A stretch of 29,679 nucleotides of DNA from Candidatus Latescibacterota bacterium (GTDB lineage: Bacteria > Latescibacterota > UBA2968 > UBA8231). The position numbers were made by a program, and so were the translations under genes. Positions 1 to 8,798 of the stretch are shown in pieces; within the stretch, counting starts at the first letter, position 1; each line of letters begins with the position of its first letter. The notes beneath the pieces are model-generated. The model saw only the letters and a program-made list of their open reading frames with translations, did not search any database and was not told where the DNA came from. The stretch spans positions 1 to 29,679 of the forward strand of contig CBDBIJ010000043.1 of assembly GCA_965205655.1 (NCBI GenBank), in the 5' to 3' direction.

Positions 1-2
1 TG

Positions 3-119
3 CCCAACGGCGTTAGTGATGCCTACAAACCTGTAGTCGATCGTGACGGTCTCCAGAGACTGTGGCACACGTATGGAATAGCCCCCCCCTACATCCTCTA
101 CGTGGGAAATTTCAGACCC
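3..119 (+). pseudogene. GT4 glycosyltransferase, upstream fragment (runs in from the window edge; interrupted by IS30)
   Basis: Frame 3 reads PNGVSDAYKPVVDRDGLQRLWHTYGIAPPYILYVGNFRP. After removing the IS and one CCC copy it continues into HKNVPALLRAF at 1181, restoring the GT4 motif YVGNFRPHKN. Confidence 0.9.
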
Positions 120-1177
120 CGTAGCATCAACTTTGAAGTGCAACACCTTAAGGATTGTAGCACTCCTCTGGGGTTAGATATCCGAGTCGTTTTCGTGGTC
201 TTCGGTTGAGTTTTCGTGCGATGGCGTTGCAGTCGTACTGGGTAAGGTCGGCCATGCTTTTTTTCTTGGGCAAGTACTGTCGAATGAGGCCATTGGTGTT
301 CTCGTTGGTGCCTCGTTCCCAGGCGTGATGGGAATTGGCGAAGTAGAAGCGGGTATCGGTGACGCGCTCGATGTCGGCGTAGCTGTGGAATTCGGTTCCG
401 TTGTCTGCGGTGATGGTGTGTACGGGTCGGGGTTGGCGGTGGATGAGCTGGAGAGTCCGTCGGCTGAGCTCGTCGGCCGTTCGCGCGTTGAGCTTTCCGA
501 TCTCGACGTACCCGGTCTTTCGTTCCACGAGGGTGACGACGCACGGCCTGCCGTCGCCGAGCATTGTGTCGGCCTCCCAGTGTCCGACGCGGGAGCGGTT
601 GTCGGCCGCGGCGGGTCGGTCCTCGATCGGCCTCTTTCCGGCCAGTCGTCCTCGAGAGTCGTAGGTGCCGTGTCGCTTACGTCGCAGTTTGGTGGCGCCG
701 CGCAGGTGCTGGTAGAGGGAGCCACCGCGTCGTTTGTCAGCCCAGACGTGACGGTAAATGGTCTCGTGGCTGATCTCGAGGATTCGGTAGCGACGGAGCC
801 ATCCAGCGATCTGCTCGGGGCTCCAGTCGTTCTTGAGCAGTTCCTCGACGAGATCCCAGTCAGCGTTGGAGAGGCGGAAGTTCCGCCGCGAGTGCGAGCG
901 CCTGGTGCGCGCGTAGCCGTGCGCCTGCAAAGGCCGGTAGAACCTGTCCGCCCGTCCACGGTTGCGTTGGACCTCTCGATAGATCGTACTTGGATGCCGC
1001 CCAAGGGTCCGTGCGATCTCAGCTACGGTTACCTCTTTTCGTCTCAGTGCCCAAATGATGTATCGTTCTTCACGGGTGATCTGGTGATACGCCAACGTAG
1101 CCTCCCTTCCTTTAGCCGGGTTAGGAGACTACAGTATCCCAGATCGCCTCTTATCGCACTTAGTATGTGAATTCGTG
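120..1177 (-). mobile_element. IS30-family insertion sequence, 1058 bp
   Basis: Left end CGTAGCATCAACTTTGAAGTGCAACA resembles the IS30-type 26-bp IR. The right end (reverse complement CACGAATTCACATACTAAGTGCGATA) matches it at only 13/26. Flanked by CCC at 117-119 and 1178-1180. Confidence 0.9.
148..1095 (-). CDS. IS30-family DDE transposase (315 aa)
   Basis: N-terminal HTH (IARTLGRHPSTIYRE), WSPEQI, SHETIY, HWEADT (D), ITADNGTEF (D), ERGTNENTNGLIRQY (E). Confidence 0.96.
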   Translation of the reverse strand: MAYHQITREERYIIWALRRKEVTVAEIARTLGRHPSTIYREVQRNRGRADRFYRPLQAHGYARTRRSHSRRNFRLSNADWDLVEELLKNDWSPEQIAGWLRRYRILEISHETIYRHVWADKRRGGSLYQHLRGATKLRRKRHGTYDSRGRLAGKRPIEDRPAAADNRSRVGHWEADTMLGDGRPCVVTLVERKTGYVEIGKLNARTADELSRRTLQLIHRQPRPVHTITADNGTEFHSYADIERVTDTRFYFANSHHAWERGTNENTNGLIRQYLPKKKSMADLTQYDCNAIARKLNRRPRKRLGYLTPEECYNP

Positions 1178-1696
1178 CCCCACAAGAACGTGCCGGCCCT
1201 ACTGAGGGCGTTTAGCGCGCTCCCGGGTGTACTCTGCCGGAAATATCAGATCGTTCTGGCGGGAACGACGGACGAGTGGGTGAAGGAGCATCTGGCGCTT
1301 TGTGATACTCTGGGTATTGAAAACATCGTCCGCTTCATCGGACAGGTGAAGGAGGAGGACATGCCGGGTCTCTATAGTGGTGCTGACCTGTTCGTGTTTC
1401 CCTCCCTCTGTGAGGGGTTTGGCTTACCGCCGCTGGAAGCGATGGCCTGTGGAACGGCAGTTGTGGCATCCAACCGAACCTCTATTCCGGAGGTCGTAGG
1501 CGATGCGGGCGTCCTCGTCGATCCCGAGGACATCTCGGCCGTTGCCGCCGCTATGCGAAAGATCCTCGAGGACGACACAGTCCGAGCCAATTTGGAGGAA
1601 AGAGGGCTGAACCGCGCCTCTCACTTTCGCGTCGGTGATATCTGTGGACGTCAAATGCAATTGCTAGAGGAAGTGGGAAGCCGCTCCCAGGGGTGA
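1178..1696 (+). pseudogene. GT4 glycosyltransferase, C-terminal fragment
   Basis: FVFPSLCEGFGLPPLEAMACGTAVV is the GT4 E-x7-E motif. The ORF-track GTG start at 1175 lies inside the IS end. Confidence 0.92.
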
Positions 1697-1756
1697 GGGG
1701 GGTGTGCAAACTCCCCGCCTGACTCGTCAGGGATTCAAAACCCGGGTCCTGCCCTT

Positions 1757-2317
1757 ATGTGCCTCCGACCAGCCGTGCTTCTGGATCGCGACGGGACGAT
1801 CATAGATGATGTTGGCTACCTTCGGAACCCAGGAGACATCGCGATCTTACCCGGCGCGATTGAGGCGTTGCGGATCCTTCAGGACCTCGACCTCGTGCTG
1901 GTGATTGTCAGCAACCAGTCAGGTGTTGGCAGGGGGCTCTTGAGTCCTGATGAGATGACCAGGTGTCAGGACGAATTGGCCCACATTTTGAGACAGAGTG
2001 GGATCACGCTTGCTGGAGCGTTTTTCTGCCCCCATGCTCCCTGGGACAATTGTGAGTGTCGCAAACCTCGGCCTGGTTTGATACATCAGGCCGCCGATGA
2101 ACTGGGATTGAATGTTCCGCAGTCGTTCATGGTCGGAGACAAGCCAAGCGACGTGGAAGCGGGAATTCAGGCAGGGTGTACAAGCATTTTGCTCGCCGAT
2201 TGTGAAATTAGAGAAGAAGCGCGCTCGAGCTCGAGCTACGAACCGGGTCAGGTCGTACTAGATCTACTCGCAGCTAGTCACTGGATAGAAAATCACGTCA
2301 GTCGGGAGGGAGGGTAA
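1757..2317 (+). CDS. gmhB: D-glycero-D-manno-heptose-1,7-bisphosphate phosphatase (HAD IIIA)
   Basis: LDRDGT (DxD), SNQSG, zinc motif CPH-x5-CECRKP, MVGDK; adjacent to hldE. Confidence 0.93.
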   Translation: MCLRPAVLLDRDGTIIDDVGYLRNPGDIAILPGAIEALRILQDLDLVLVIVSNQSGVGRGLLSPDEMTRCQDELAHILRQSGITLAGAFFCPHAPWDNCECRKPRPGLIHQAADELGLNVPQSFMVGDKPSDVEAGIQAGCTSILLADCEIREEARSSSSYEPGQVVLDLLAASHWIENHVSREGG

Positions 2318-2329
2318 TCGTGGAGTACA

Positions 2330-3829
2330 ATGCCTGATGACATCACAGAGAAATTGGCGCTGGCAGTCGAAGAGCTGTCGAAGCGTGAGTCAGTACGTAC
2401 AATAGTCGTCGGCGATTTCATGCTCGACCGGTACATTTGGGGCAGCTGTGGCCGCATTTCGCCAGAGAGTCCGGTGCCCGTGGTGGAAATCAAGTCGGAA
2501 ACTGACTGCCTGGGCGGTGCGGGAAACGTCGTGGCGAACATCCGCGGACTCGGGGCTGCGTCGTTGCCCGTGGGGGTCGTCGGAGCCGACGAGGCCGGGC
2601 AGCGAGTACTGCAACACCTGGAGGAATTAGGTTGCTCAACCGAGGGTCTTTTTCAACTTGACGAACAGACCACTCAAAAGACCAGAGTGATAGCCCAAAA
2701 CAAGCAGGTCGTGCGAATAGATCGGGAAACGGCAGAGGGGTTCTCCTCGGAGGTATACGAGAGACTCGGCGACCATGTACGGAAAGCGCTGGATAACGTA
2801 GACGTATGCATCCTGAGCGATTACGGTAAGGGAGTGGGTCAGTCGGGGTTTGTAAAGAGGCTTGTGTTGCTCGCCAAGAGTAAAAGTGTACCATTGCTGG
2901 TCGATCCGCACGGGATCGATTTCTCCCACTACGGTGGGGCGTCGTGCATAACGCCCAATGTGGCTGAGACATCTCGGGTTATTTCTCTGGGCTCGACAGA
3001 TGATGATGCAATCGCAGCAGCTGCACGGACCCTCAGTGAATCCTACGAGATAGCCAGTGTCCTCATAACTCGCGGCGCGGATGGTATGACATTGTCGGCA
3101 GAGGACACCGTCACACATATTCCGAGTGAAGCGAGGGAAGTGTACGATGTTTCCGGCGCTGGTGATGCCGTGATTGCGACAATGGCTGTCGGGATTGCGA
3201 GCGGATTGAGCCACCTAGACGCAGCTCAGCTGTCAAACGTCGCAGCGGGAATTGTGGTAGGTAAGGTGGGTACCGCTCCCATCAGCCTGGCGGAGCTTCA
3301 GGGAAGTCTCCACGCCCGCACTTCTGAGTTCCCGCACTCTAAGGTGCTATCCGAGGAGCAGCTTGAGCGTCTCCTGGGCATCTGGCGCACGCTTGAGAAG
3401 AAGGTTGTGTTTGCGAATGGGTGCTTCGATGTGCTCCATGCCGGGCATGTTACGCTTTTGGAGGAGGCGGCAAAGTTGGGAGATGTCCTCATAGTCGCTA
3501 TCAATTCCGACCAGTCAGTCCGTCGCCTGAAAGATGAAGGCCGTCCCATAAACGACCAAAGCCACCGCGCACTCGTACTGGCGGGTCTCAGGGCAACAGA
3601 CGCGGTGGTGATTTTCAGAGAGGACACGCCGGAGGGCCTCTTGCGTAAAGTGAAGCCCGATGTCCTCGTCAAGGGCGACGAGTATGGAAAAAATAAGGTC
3701 GTTGGCGGCAGCTTCGTCGACAGCTACGGCGGAGAGGTGGTACGGGTCAGGATGGTGGAGGGCTATTCCACGACGAGGGCAATCGAGAAACTCAGAGGAT
3801 TAGAGGGCGGTCATTCGTCCGCAAAATAA
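2330..3829 (+). CDS. hldE: Bifunctional heptose-7-phosphate kinase / heptose-1-phosphate adenylyltransferase
   Basis: PfkB-type domain (GDFMLDRY, RISPESPVPV, GGAGNV, SDYGKG, DVSGAGD) followed by a cytidylyltransferase-like domain (NGCFDVLHAGH, NSDQSVRRLK, RPIN). Confidence 0.95.
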   Translation: MPDDITEKLALAVEELSKRESVRTIVVGDFMLDRYIWGSCGRISPESPVPVVEIKSETDCLGGAGNVVANIRGLGAASLPVGVVGADEAGQRVLQHLEELGCSTEGLFQLDEQTTQKTRVIAQNKQVVRIDRETAEGFSSEVYERLGDHVRKALDNVDVCILSDYGKGVGQSGFVKRLVLLAKSKSVPLLVDPHGIDFSHYGGASCITPNVAETSRVISLGSTDDDAIAAAARTLSESYEIASVLITRGADGMTLSAEDTVTHIPSEAREVYDVSGAGDAVIATMAVGIASGLSHLDAAQLSNVAAGIVVGKVGTAPISLAELQGSLHARTSEFPHSKVLSEEQLERLLGIWRTLEKKVVFANGCFDVLHAGHVTLLEEAAKLGDVLIVAINSDQSVRRLKDEGRPINDQSHRALVLAGLRATDAVVIFREDTPEGLLRKVKPDVLVKGDEYGKNKVVGGSFVDSYGGEVVRVRMVEGYSTTRAIEKLRGLEGGHSSAK

Positions 3830-3863
3830 CCTAAGGGCCTTCCAATGGGATACCAGGCGCAGC

Positions 3864-4703
3864 ATGTGTAGAGATAGCAAGAACCTGAAGATGGTGAGAC
3901 TATGGTCCAAGCACGATGTTAGTATAGGCGAAATCAAACATTGGATCGATGATGGTGCTCGCAGTCCGGCGTGGAAGAGGTATCTGTACTGGAAGCGCAT
4001 ATTGAACATGCCCGCGGTTGTAAGGTCGATAGAAGTCGGCTGTGGGTATGGGAAGTTCAGCATGCTGCTAGGCATGTCTGGTGAGACCGTCACGCTGCTA
4101 GATTACAACCACGATGCGTTGAGCTCTGCATCAACGTGCTTTCAGCAGATCGGACTGAATCCGAGAGTAGAGGCAAGGGATATAATGGAATTGAGTGAGG
4201 AGATGAATGGTCAATTTGACCTCGCTTGTTCGTTCGGCACATTGGAGCATTTTGCAGGCGAATCCCGCCGGAAAGCATTCGGGGCAATGGCGCAACTGTT
4301 GCGTCCAGGTGGAGTGCTGTTTTTCACGGTACCGAATCGATTCGGTATTTTTTATAGAATTGCTTGGGGGTTGCGCAAGAGACTTAGTTTGGTGACAGAG
4401 GATTTCTATGAAGAGCCGTATTCGCCCCGCGAACTACGGCTGATTGCAATGTCTTGCGCGATCAACCCTCTAGAAATAGGGTGTGTCAGCATGTTAAAGG
4501 GAGATTTTGAGTATTGGATTTTGGAGAATATTAGGAGTGTACTTAGGAGAGTGTTGAAAAGGAAGGGGGTTCACAGTGTTGGAGATTCTGACCTCGAACT
4601 AGAGAGCATAGATTTGTCCGGCGCTTCCGCGAGGGACCTCGGAAACTACATCGATACGCACTTTTCTTACAATCTTCTTTTCGTAGGACAGAAACAGAAT
4701 TAG
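3864..4703 (+). CDS. Class I SAM-dependent methyltransferase
   Basis: EVGCGYG motif I, FDLACSFGTLEHF, LLRPGG. Start could be 3891. Confidence 0.85.
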   Translation: MCRDSKNLKMVRLWSKHDVSIGEIKHWIDDGARSPAWKRYLYWKRILNMPAVVRSIEVGCGYGKFSMLLGMSGETVTLLDYNHDALSSASTCFQQIGLNPRVEARDIMELSEEMNGQFDLACSFGTLEHFAGESRRKAFGAMAQLLRPGGVLFFTVPNRFGIFYRIAWGLRKRLSLVTEDFYEEPYSPRELRLIAMSCAINPLEIGCVSMLKGDFEYWILENIRSVLRRVLKRKGVHSVGDSDLELESIDLSGASARDLGNYIDTHFSYNLLFVGQKQN

Positions 4704-4846
4704 CCTGCGCGAGCTGTTCGATAGCAATTCTCCTGTGTTCCGGAATGAAATACGCCCTTGCCTGTGAGGTTGCCGGACGCTGACGAGGCTGGGCAGCGAG
4801 TGGGATCTCCGCCGTGAACTACCAACGCCAAAGTGCTGAATAGAGT

Positions 4847-5153
4847 GTGAAACACATTCTGTACATCGAGCATGACGGCGGCATAATCGGTGGCGGACAG
4901 ATCAGCTTGCTCGCACTCATGAAGAGCACGAACCGGCGGGCGTTCGCGCCAATGCTCGCGTGTCCGGGGATGGGCGGGATGGCCTCGGCGGCGAAGGAGA
5001 TAAAGGTCTCGACGCACGGTGTGGAGCTACCGCGCATTTGCATCCGCCAGTTGCCTGCCGTGCTCAGCGCGATGCGGCGTCTGTATGGGCTCATCGGTAG
5101 CGAAGCGGTCGATTTGGTTCACTCAAATAGCTCTCGAAGTATGTTCTACGCAG
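4847..5153 (+). pseudogene. GT4 glycosyltransferase N-terminal fragment truncated by IS256
   Basis: ILYIEHDGGIIGGGQISLL and VDLVHSNS are typical of a GT4 N-domain. The frame runs into the IS end and stops at 5176; no C-terminal half follows the IS. Confidence 0.82.
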
Positions 5154-6580
5154 GGTCAAGTCCCATTTTCAGTTGAAACAGAGCACAGGCTCGGGTGATG
5201 TTCTCAGCCCGTCATCGCGAGCTGTTTGATGCCGAGCTCGGTTTGAAGAGCTTGACGGAGCGTTGACAGGTGGTGGTAGCCCTTGACTCTGCGCAGTCGG
5301 TCCTCGATGTCGAGCAGCGCCGTGGCTGCCCAGCGGTGACGCTGCGAGGAGTTCGTCCAGTGCCGCACGTTGCGCGTGAGCTGGCCCAGGAGGCTGTTGA
5401 CGTTCTCGATGCAGTTGGTGGTGCGGAAGGAATCCTTGAGCATCGGCATCAGTCCCAGGCGATGGAGCGTCAGGGTTTCTTCCAGGCCTTCCTCGAGGCT
5501 CTTCAGAGCAGATTGGTTCATCAGTTTCAGACCGGGCTTGAGCGCTTTCAGGGTCGCCTTCGCCTCTTCGTAGGTGGGCTTATTGTAGGCCGCCTCAATC
5601 TTGCGACGGACTCGGGCCTGTTCACTTTTCGGCAGGTACGACACGACGTTCTTGCGCTTGTGATACTGGCAGCGCTGCACACAGGCATGGCCCTTCAGCA
5701 CCGACATTACCGCCTTGTAGAGGCCCTTGGCGCCGTCGATCAACACCAGCAACCCGGCCTCGTATTGCAGGCCCCTGTCGACCAAGTCGGCCAGGAAGCG
5801 GCGACAGACGCGCTCGTTCTCGGTGGCGGCCTCCACGAAACCCAGCGGGATCTTGTGCCCGTCAAGGGTGACGCCCAGAGCGATGATGAGCTCTTCGTCC
5901 GCGAAGCTCTTGCCGTCGAGAAACAGCGCCACCAGGTCGTAGCCTTCCAGGGAGCGCTCCTGGAATTCGGCCAGCTTGCGAGCCGTGCCCTTCACGTAGC
6001 GACGGGAGACCGACGAGCGTGACAGGCCGAACGTCTCCGGTACGGTCTCGGCGCAGTCCTCGTAGTTGCGAGTGGCGATACCCTTCAACACCTTCTGCAG
6101 CAGTCCTTCGTCCATTTTCCGGGGCGTCTGCAGGGCCTGGTAGGCGTCCAGCGCGACCTCCGTGTCGCTGTCGACGTTGCGTACCCGGGGCACCTCTACG
6201 GGTACCTTCTGATCACCCAGATATACCGATCCCCGCTGAGAGCCCCAGCGACGGTACGGCTGATCTGACTCCTTGCGTTGATACCGGCGCCCGGCCAATT
6301 CCATGACCGCCCTCTGCAGCTCTTCGGCCACCGCCTCCAGTCCGAGAGGGACCAGCAGCTGGATCGCCTCGATTCTAGCATCCAGATCCTCTGCCACAGC
6401 TCCTGCCGCTGGATCCACGGTGCCGATTTCAACCGTGCGTTTGACGCGCTTCTTCCGTGCTGATAGCTTGCCCATTGCAGGCTCCTTTCTTGTTACCCAC
6501 ACGAGATTCTTTCCAGGATTTCTCGTAAGAAGGTAACGATGGGGAGCCTGTGCTGTTTCAACTAAGATCGGGACCATGCC
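5154..6580 (-). mobile_element. IS256-family insertion sequence, 1427 bp, no target duplication
   Basis: IRs GGTCAAGTCCCATTTTCAGTTGAAACAGAGCACAGGCTC and (reverse complement) GGCATGGTCCCGATCTTAGTTGAAACAGCACAGGCTC. The flanks CTACGCAG and GGCGCGAG do not match. Confidence 0.9.
5204..6475 (-). CDS. IS256-family (Mutator-type) transposase
   Basis: LFLDGK (D), VLIDGAKGL (D), QRCQYHKRKN (CxxH), TTNCIENVN (E). Start placed at ATG 6475 behind AAGGAG. Confidence 0.94.
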   Translation of the reverse strand: MGKLSARKKRVKRTVEIGTVDPAAGAVAEDLDARIEAIQLLVPLGLEAVAEELQRAVMELAGRRYQRKESDQPYRRWGSQRGSVYLGDQKVPVEVPRVRNVDSDTEVALDAYQALQTPRKMDEGLLQKVLKGIATRNYEDCAETVPETFGLSRSSVSRRYVKGTARKLAEFQERSLEGYDLVALFLDGKSFADEELIIALGVTLDGHKIPLGFVEAATENERVCRRFLADLVDRGLQYEAGLLVLIDGAKGLYKAVMSVLKGHACVQRCQYHKRKNVVSYLPKSEQARVRRKIEAAYNKPTYEEAKATLKALKPGLKLMNQSALKSLEEGLEETLTLHRLGLMPMLKDSFRTTNCIENVNSLLGQLTRNVRHWTNSSQRHRWAATALLDIEDRLRRVKGYHHLSTLRQALQTELGIKQLAMTG

Positions 6581-6840
6581 GGCGCGAGGCCCTCGCCAAG
6601 ATGAGCGAGGAGCGGCCCGCGATAATTATTACCGACATCAAGATGCCGGAGCTGGACGGGTTCGAATTGCTGGCGACCCTGCGCCGCCAGTATCCGCGCA
6701 TACCGGTGGTGGCCATCTCGGGGTATTCCGACACAGCTGAAATCGAGAGCCACGACTTCGATGGGTTTCTCGAGAAACCCGTCAACCTCGAAGAGCTGAA
6801 AAGCCTCGTGGAAGAGATGATCTCTGGCCAGGCGCCATGA
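6581..6840 (+). pseudogene. CheY-like receiver domain lacking its 5' end
   Basis: REAL...IITDIKMPELDGFELL...ISG...FLEKP; the phospho-Asp and KP motifs are present, but the first beta strand and acidic pocket are replaced by IS256. Confidence 0.85.
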
Positions 6841-6863
6841 GTTGGAGAGATTGAAGGAGCAGA

Positions 6864-7859
6864 ATGTCACAAACCCTGGGTCTAGAGGGCGTGATCGGCC
6901 AAAGCGAGGCGATGGAGAAGGTGTTCCAGGTCGTGCACCGCATCGCCCGCACCCGAGCAACACTCCTGATCCGGGGTGAGAGCGGAACGGGCAAGGAGGT
7001 CGTGGCCAGGGCGGTACACGCCTTGGGTCCCTTCGCGGGTAAGGGCTTTGTAACAGTCGATTGCACGAACATTCCCGCGAACCTGATGGAATCGGAGTTG
7101 TTCGGCCATGAGCGGGGAGCCTTCACGGATGCGAAGTCCCAGAAGTCGGGTCTCATGGAGATGGCTGATGGCGGGTCTATTTTCCTCGACGAAATTGGAT
7201 TGATGCCGTTTGAGCTGCAATCAAAACTGCTCAACGTACTCGAAACACAGCGCTTCAGACGCGTGGGCGGCACCGCAGAGCTGACGGTTTCGGTTCGCTT
7301 TCTCGCGGCAACGAACGAAGACTTGGAAAGGGCCGTCCGCGAGGGGAGATTCCGGGAGGATCTGTACTATCGACTCAACGTCGTGCCCATCGACCTGCCA
7401 CCGCTTCGCGACAGAGACGACGACGTGATCCTGCTCGCCGAGAGCGCTTTCGAAGAGTACACGACACTTCACGGAACCATGCCAAGGCTACTGGCAGAGG
7501 ATGCCGTGGCCCTGCTGAGATCCTACCCGTGGCCCGGCAACGTTCGCGAGCTGCGCAATGCCATCGAGCGTGCCGTACTGATGACCGACAAAGAGGTCAT
7601 CCAGGCGGAAGATCTCATCGTCGATCGACGCGGCCGCAGAGAGGATGGAAGGATCGGTTTTCGGGTAGATTTAGAAGGCCAGATTCAGGTTGAATTCCCG
7701 CCCGGCGGATTGTCCCTCGAGGAAGTTGAGAGGAAGCTCATCCAGGCCGCTCTGACATACGCCCAGGAGAATGTGACAAAGGCCGCGCAGCTGCTCCACG
7801 TGAGCCGAGATACCCTCCGTTACCGCATCGCCAAGTACGAGCTGGAAGCCGACGAGTAA
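6864..7859 (+). CDS. Sigma-54-dependent enhancer-binding protein (AAA+ plus Fis-type HTH), no sensory domain
   Basis: GESGTGKE, ESELFGHERGAFTDA, IFLDEIG, FREDLYYRLNV, WPGNVREL, C-terminal AAQLLHVSRDTLRYRI. Confidence 0.94.
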   Translation: MSQTLGLEGVIGQSEAMEKVFQVVHRIARTRATLLIRGESGTGKEVVARAVHALGPFAGKGFVTVDCTNIPANLMESELFGHERGAFTDAKSQKSGLMEMADGGSIFLDEIGLMPFELQSKLLNVLETQRFRRVGGTAELTVSVRFLAATNEDLERAVREGRFREDLYYRLNVVPIDLPPLRDRDDDVILLAESAFEEYTTLHGTMPRLLAEDAVALLRSYPWPGNVRELRNAIERAVLMTDKEVIQAEDLIVDRRGRREDGRIGFRVDLEGQIQVEFPPGGLSLEEVERKLIQAALTYAQENVTKAAQLLHVSRDTLRYRIAKYELEADE

Positions 7860-7880
7860 GAGTTAGCATCCGCTGTTTCG

Positions 7881-8398
7881 TCAGTTCAGTACCGATTCCT
7901 CAATCGCCGGGTCCACGATGTAAATCATCGGCTCCTCGCCCAGATCCATTATGGTGGAAGGCGAGAGTCGGGTACCCTGCGGATCGATGAGAATCTCCAT
8001 CAACGGCCGTGTGGGATAGAGCTTGTTGACCCCCACGACCCGCCCAATGCAGCTGTTGTTCAGCTTCACCAGACTCCCCAGAGGAAAAATCGAGACGATG
8101 CGGATGAGCGCCCTGATATGGTTCGGGTTGAAAAGGGTATTGCGCACGTCTATTATTTCGCTGAGGGCATTGTAGGTCCCTCTCGCCTTGCGGTCCGCGC
8201 GCGGATGAGTCATGGCCTCGTAGGTATCGGCTATGCCGATGATCAAGGCGGTTTCGTGAATATCATCGCCCTCGAGGCCGAACGGATATCCCGACCCGTC
8301 CTGTCGCTCATGCACCTGAACCGCCACCTTTCCCATCCAGCTGAACTGGTCACCGAACTTCTCGATCATTCTCTGAGATTCCACGGGATGGTTATGCA
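7881..8398 (-). pseudogene. HD-GYP domain protein, 3' fragment
   Basis: HNHP, VHERQDGSGYP, IADTYEAMT, FPLGSLVKLN; joins in frame to 9744-10296 when IS3 is removed. Confidence 0.9.
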
Positions 8399-8468
8399 GC
8401 AGTCCAGCGCCCCAGGGTTTTCTTGGACACATTAGAGGGTCCACATGGACCTGAAAGGAGTGTTTGAG

Positions 8469-8798
8469 ATGACTAAGCAGAAGAAGGGTGTTCGGGTCGG
8501 CCGATTCTCCGCTCGTCGAAAGCAGGAGGCGGTGTTGCGCCTGCTGCGTGGGGAGGACCTGGAGGTCCTGTCCCGGGAGTTGGGTGTGATGGCAGCCACG
8601 CTGAGTGAGTGGCGCGAGCAGTTCCTGGGTGGGGGTGAGTCAGCTCTGCACAGCCGTACCCGTGATGAGCGGGATGAACAGATCGCCCGCCTGAAAGCGA
8701 AGGTGGGGGATCTGACGATGGACAACGAGTTGCTGGAGTCCAAGATCCATCGCCTGGAGGATGGACTCCCTTTGGCATCCCGGAGGTCGAAGCGATGA
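8469..8798 (+). CDS. IS3-family OrfA (HTH)
   Basis: RFSARRKQEAVLRLLRG...SRELGV...LSEWR plus a coiled-coil tail; AAGGAG upstream of ATG 8469. Confidence 0.88.
   Translation: MTKQKKGVRVGRFSARRKQEAVLRLLRGEDLEVLSRELGVMAATLSEWREQFLGGGESALHSRTRDERDEQIARLKAKVGDLTMDNELLESKIHRLEDGLPLASRRSKR

Noticed and set aside
325..1170. 281-aa plus-strand ORF and 276-aa ORF 174-1004
   Set aside because: Antisense or alternate-frame shadows of the IS30 transposase with no recognisable motifs.
1697..1756. Short hairpins after the GT4 gene as a terminator or small RNA
   Set aside because: No U-tract and no second copy seen; too short to support a call.
5270..6022. 250-aa plus-strand ORF
   Set aside because: Antisense shadow of the IS256 transposase, expected in GC-rich DNA.
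6550..6840. Intact 96-aa response regulator as given by the ORF track
   Set aside because: Its start and first ten codons lie within the IS256 inverted repeat.
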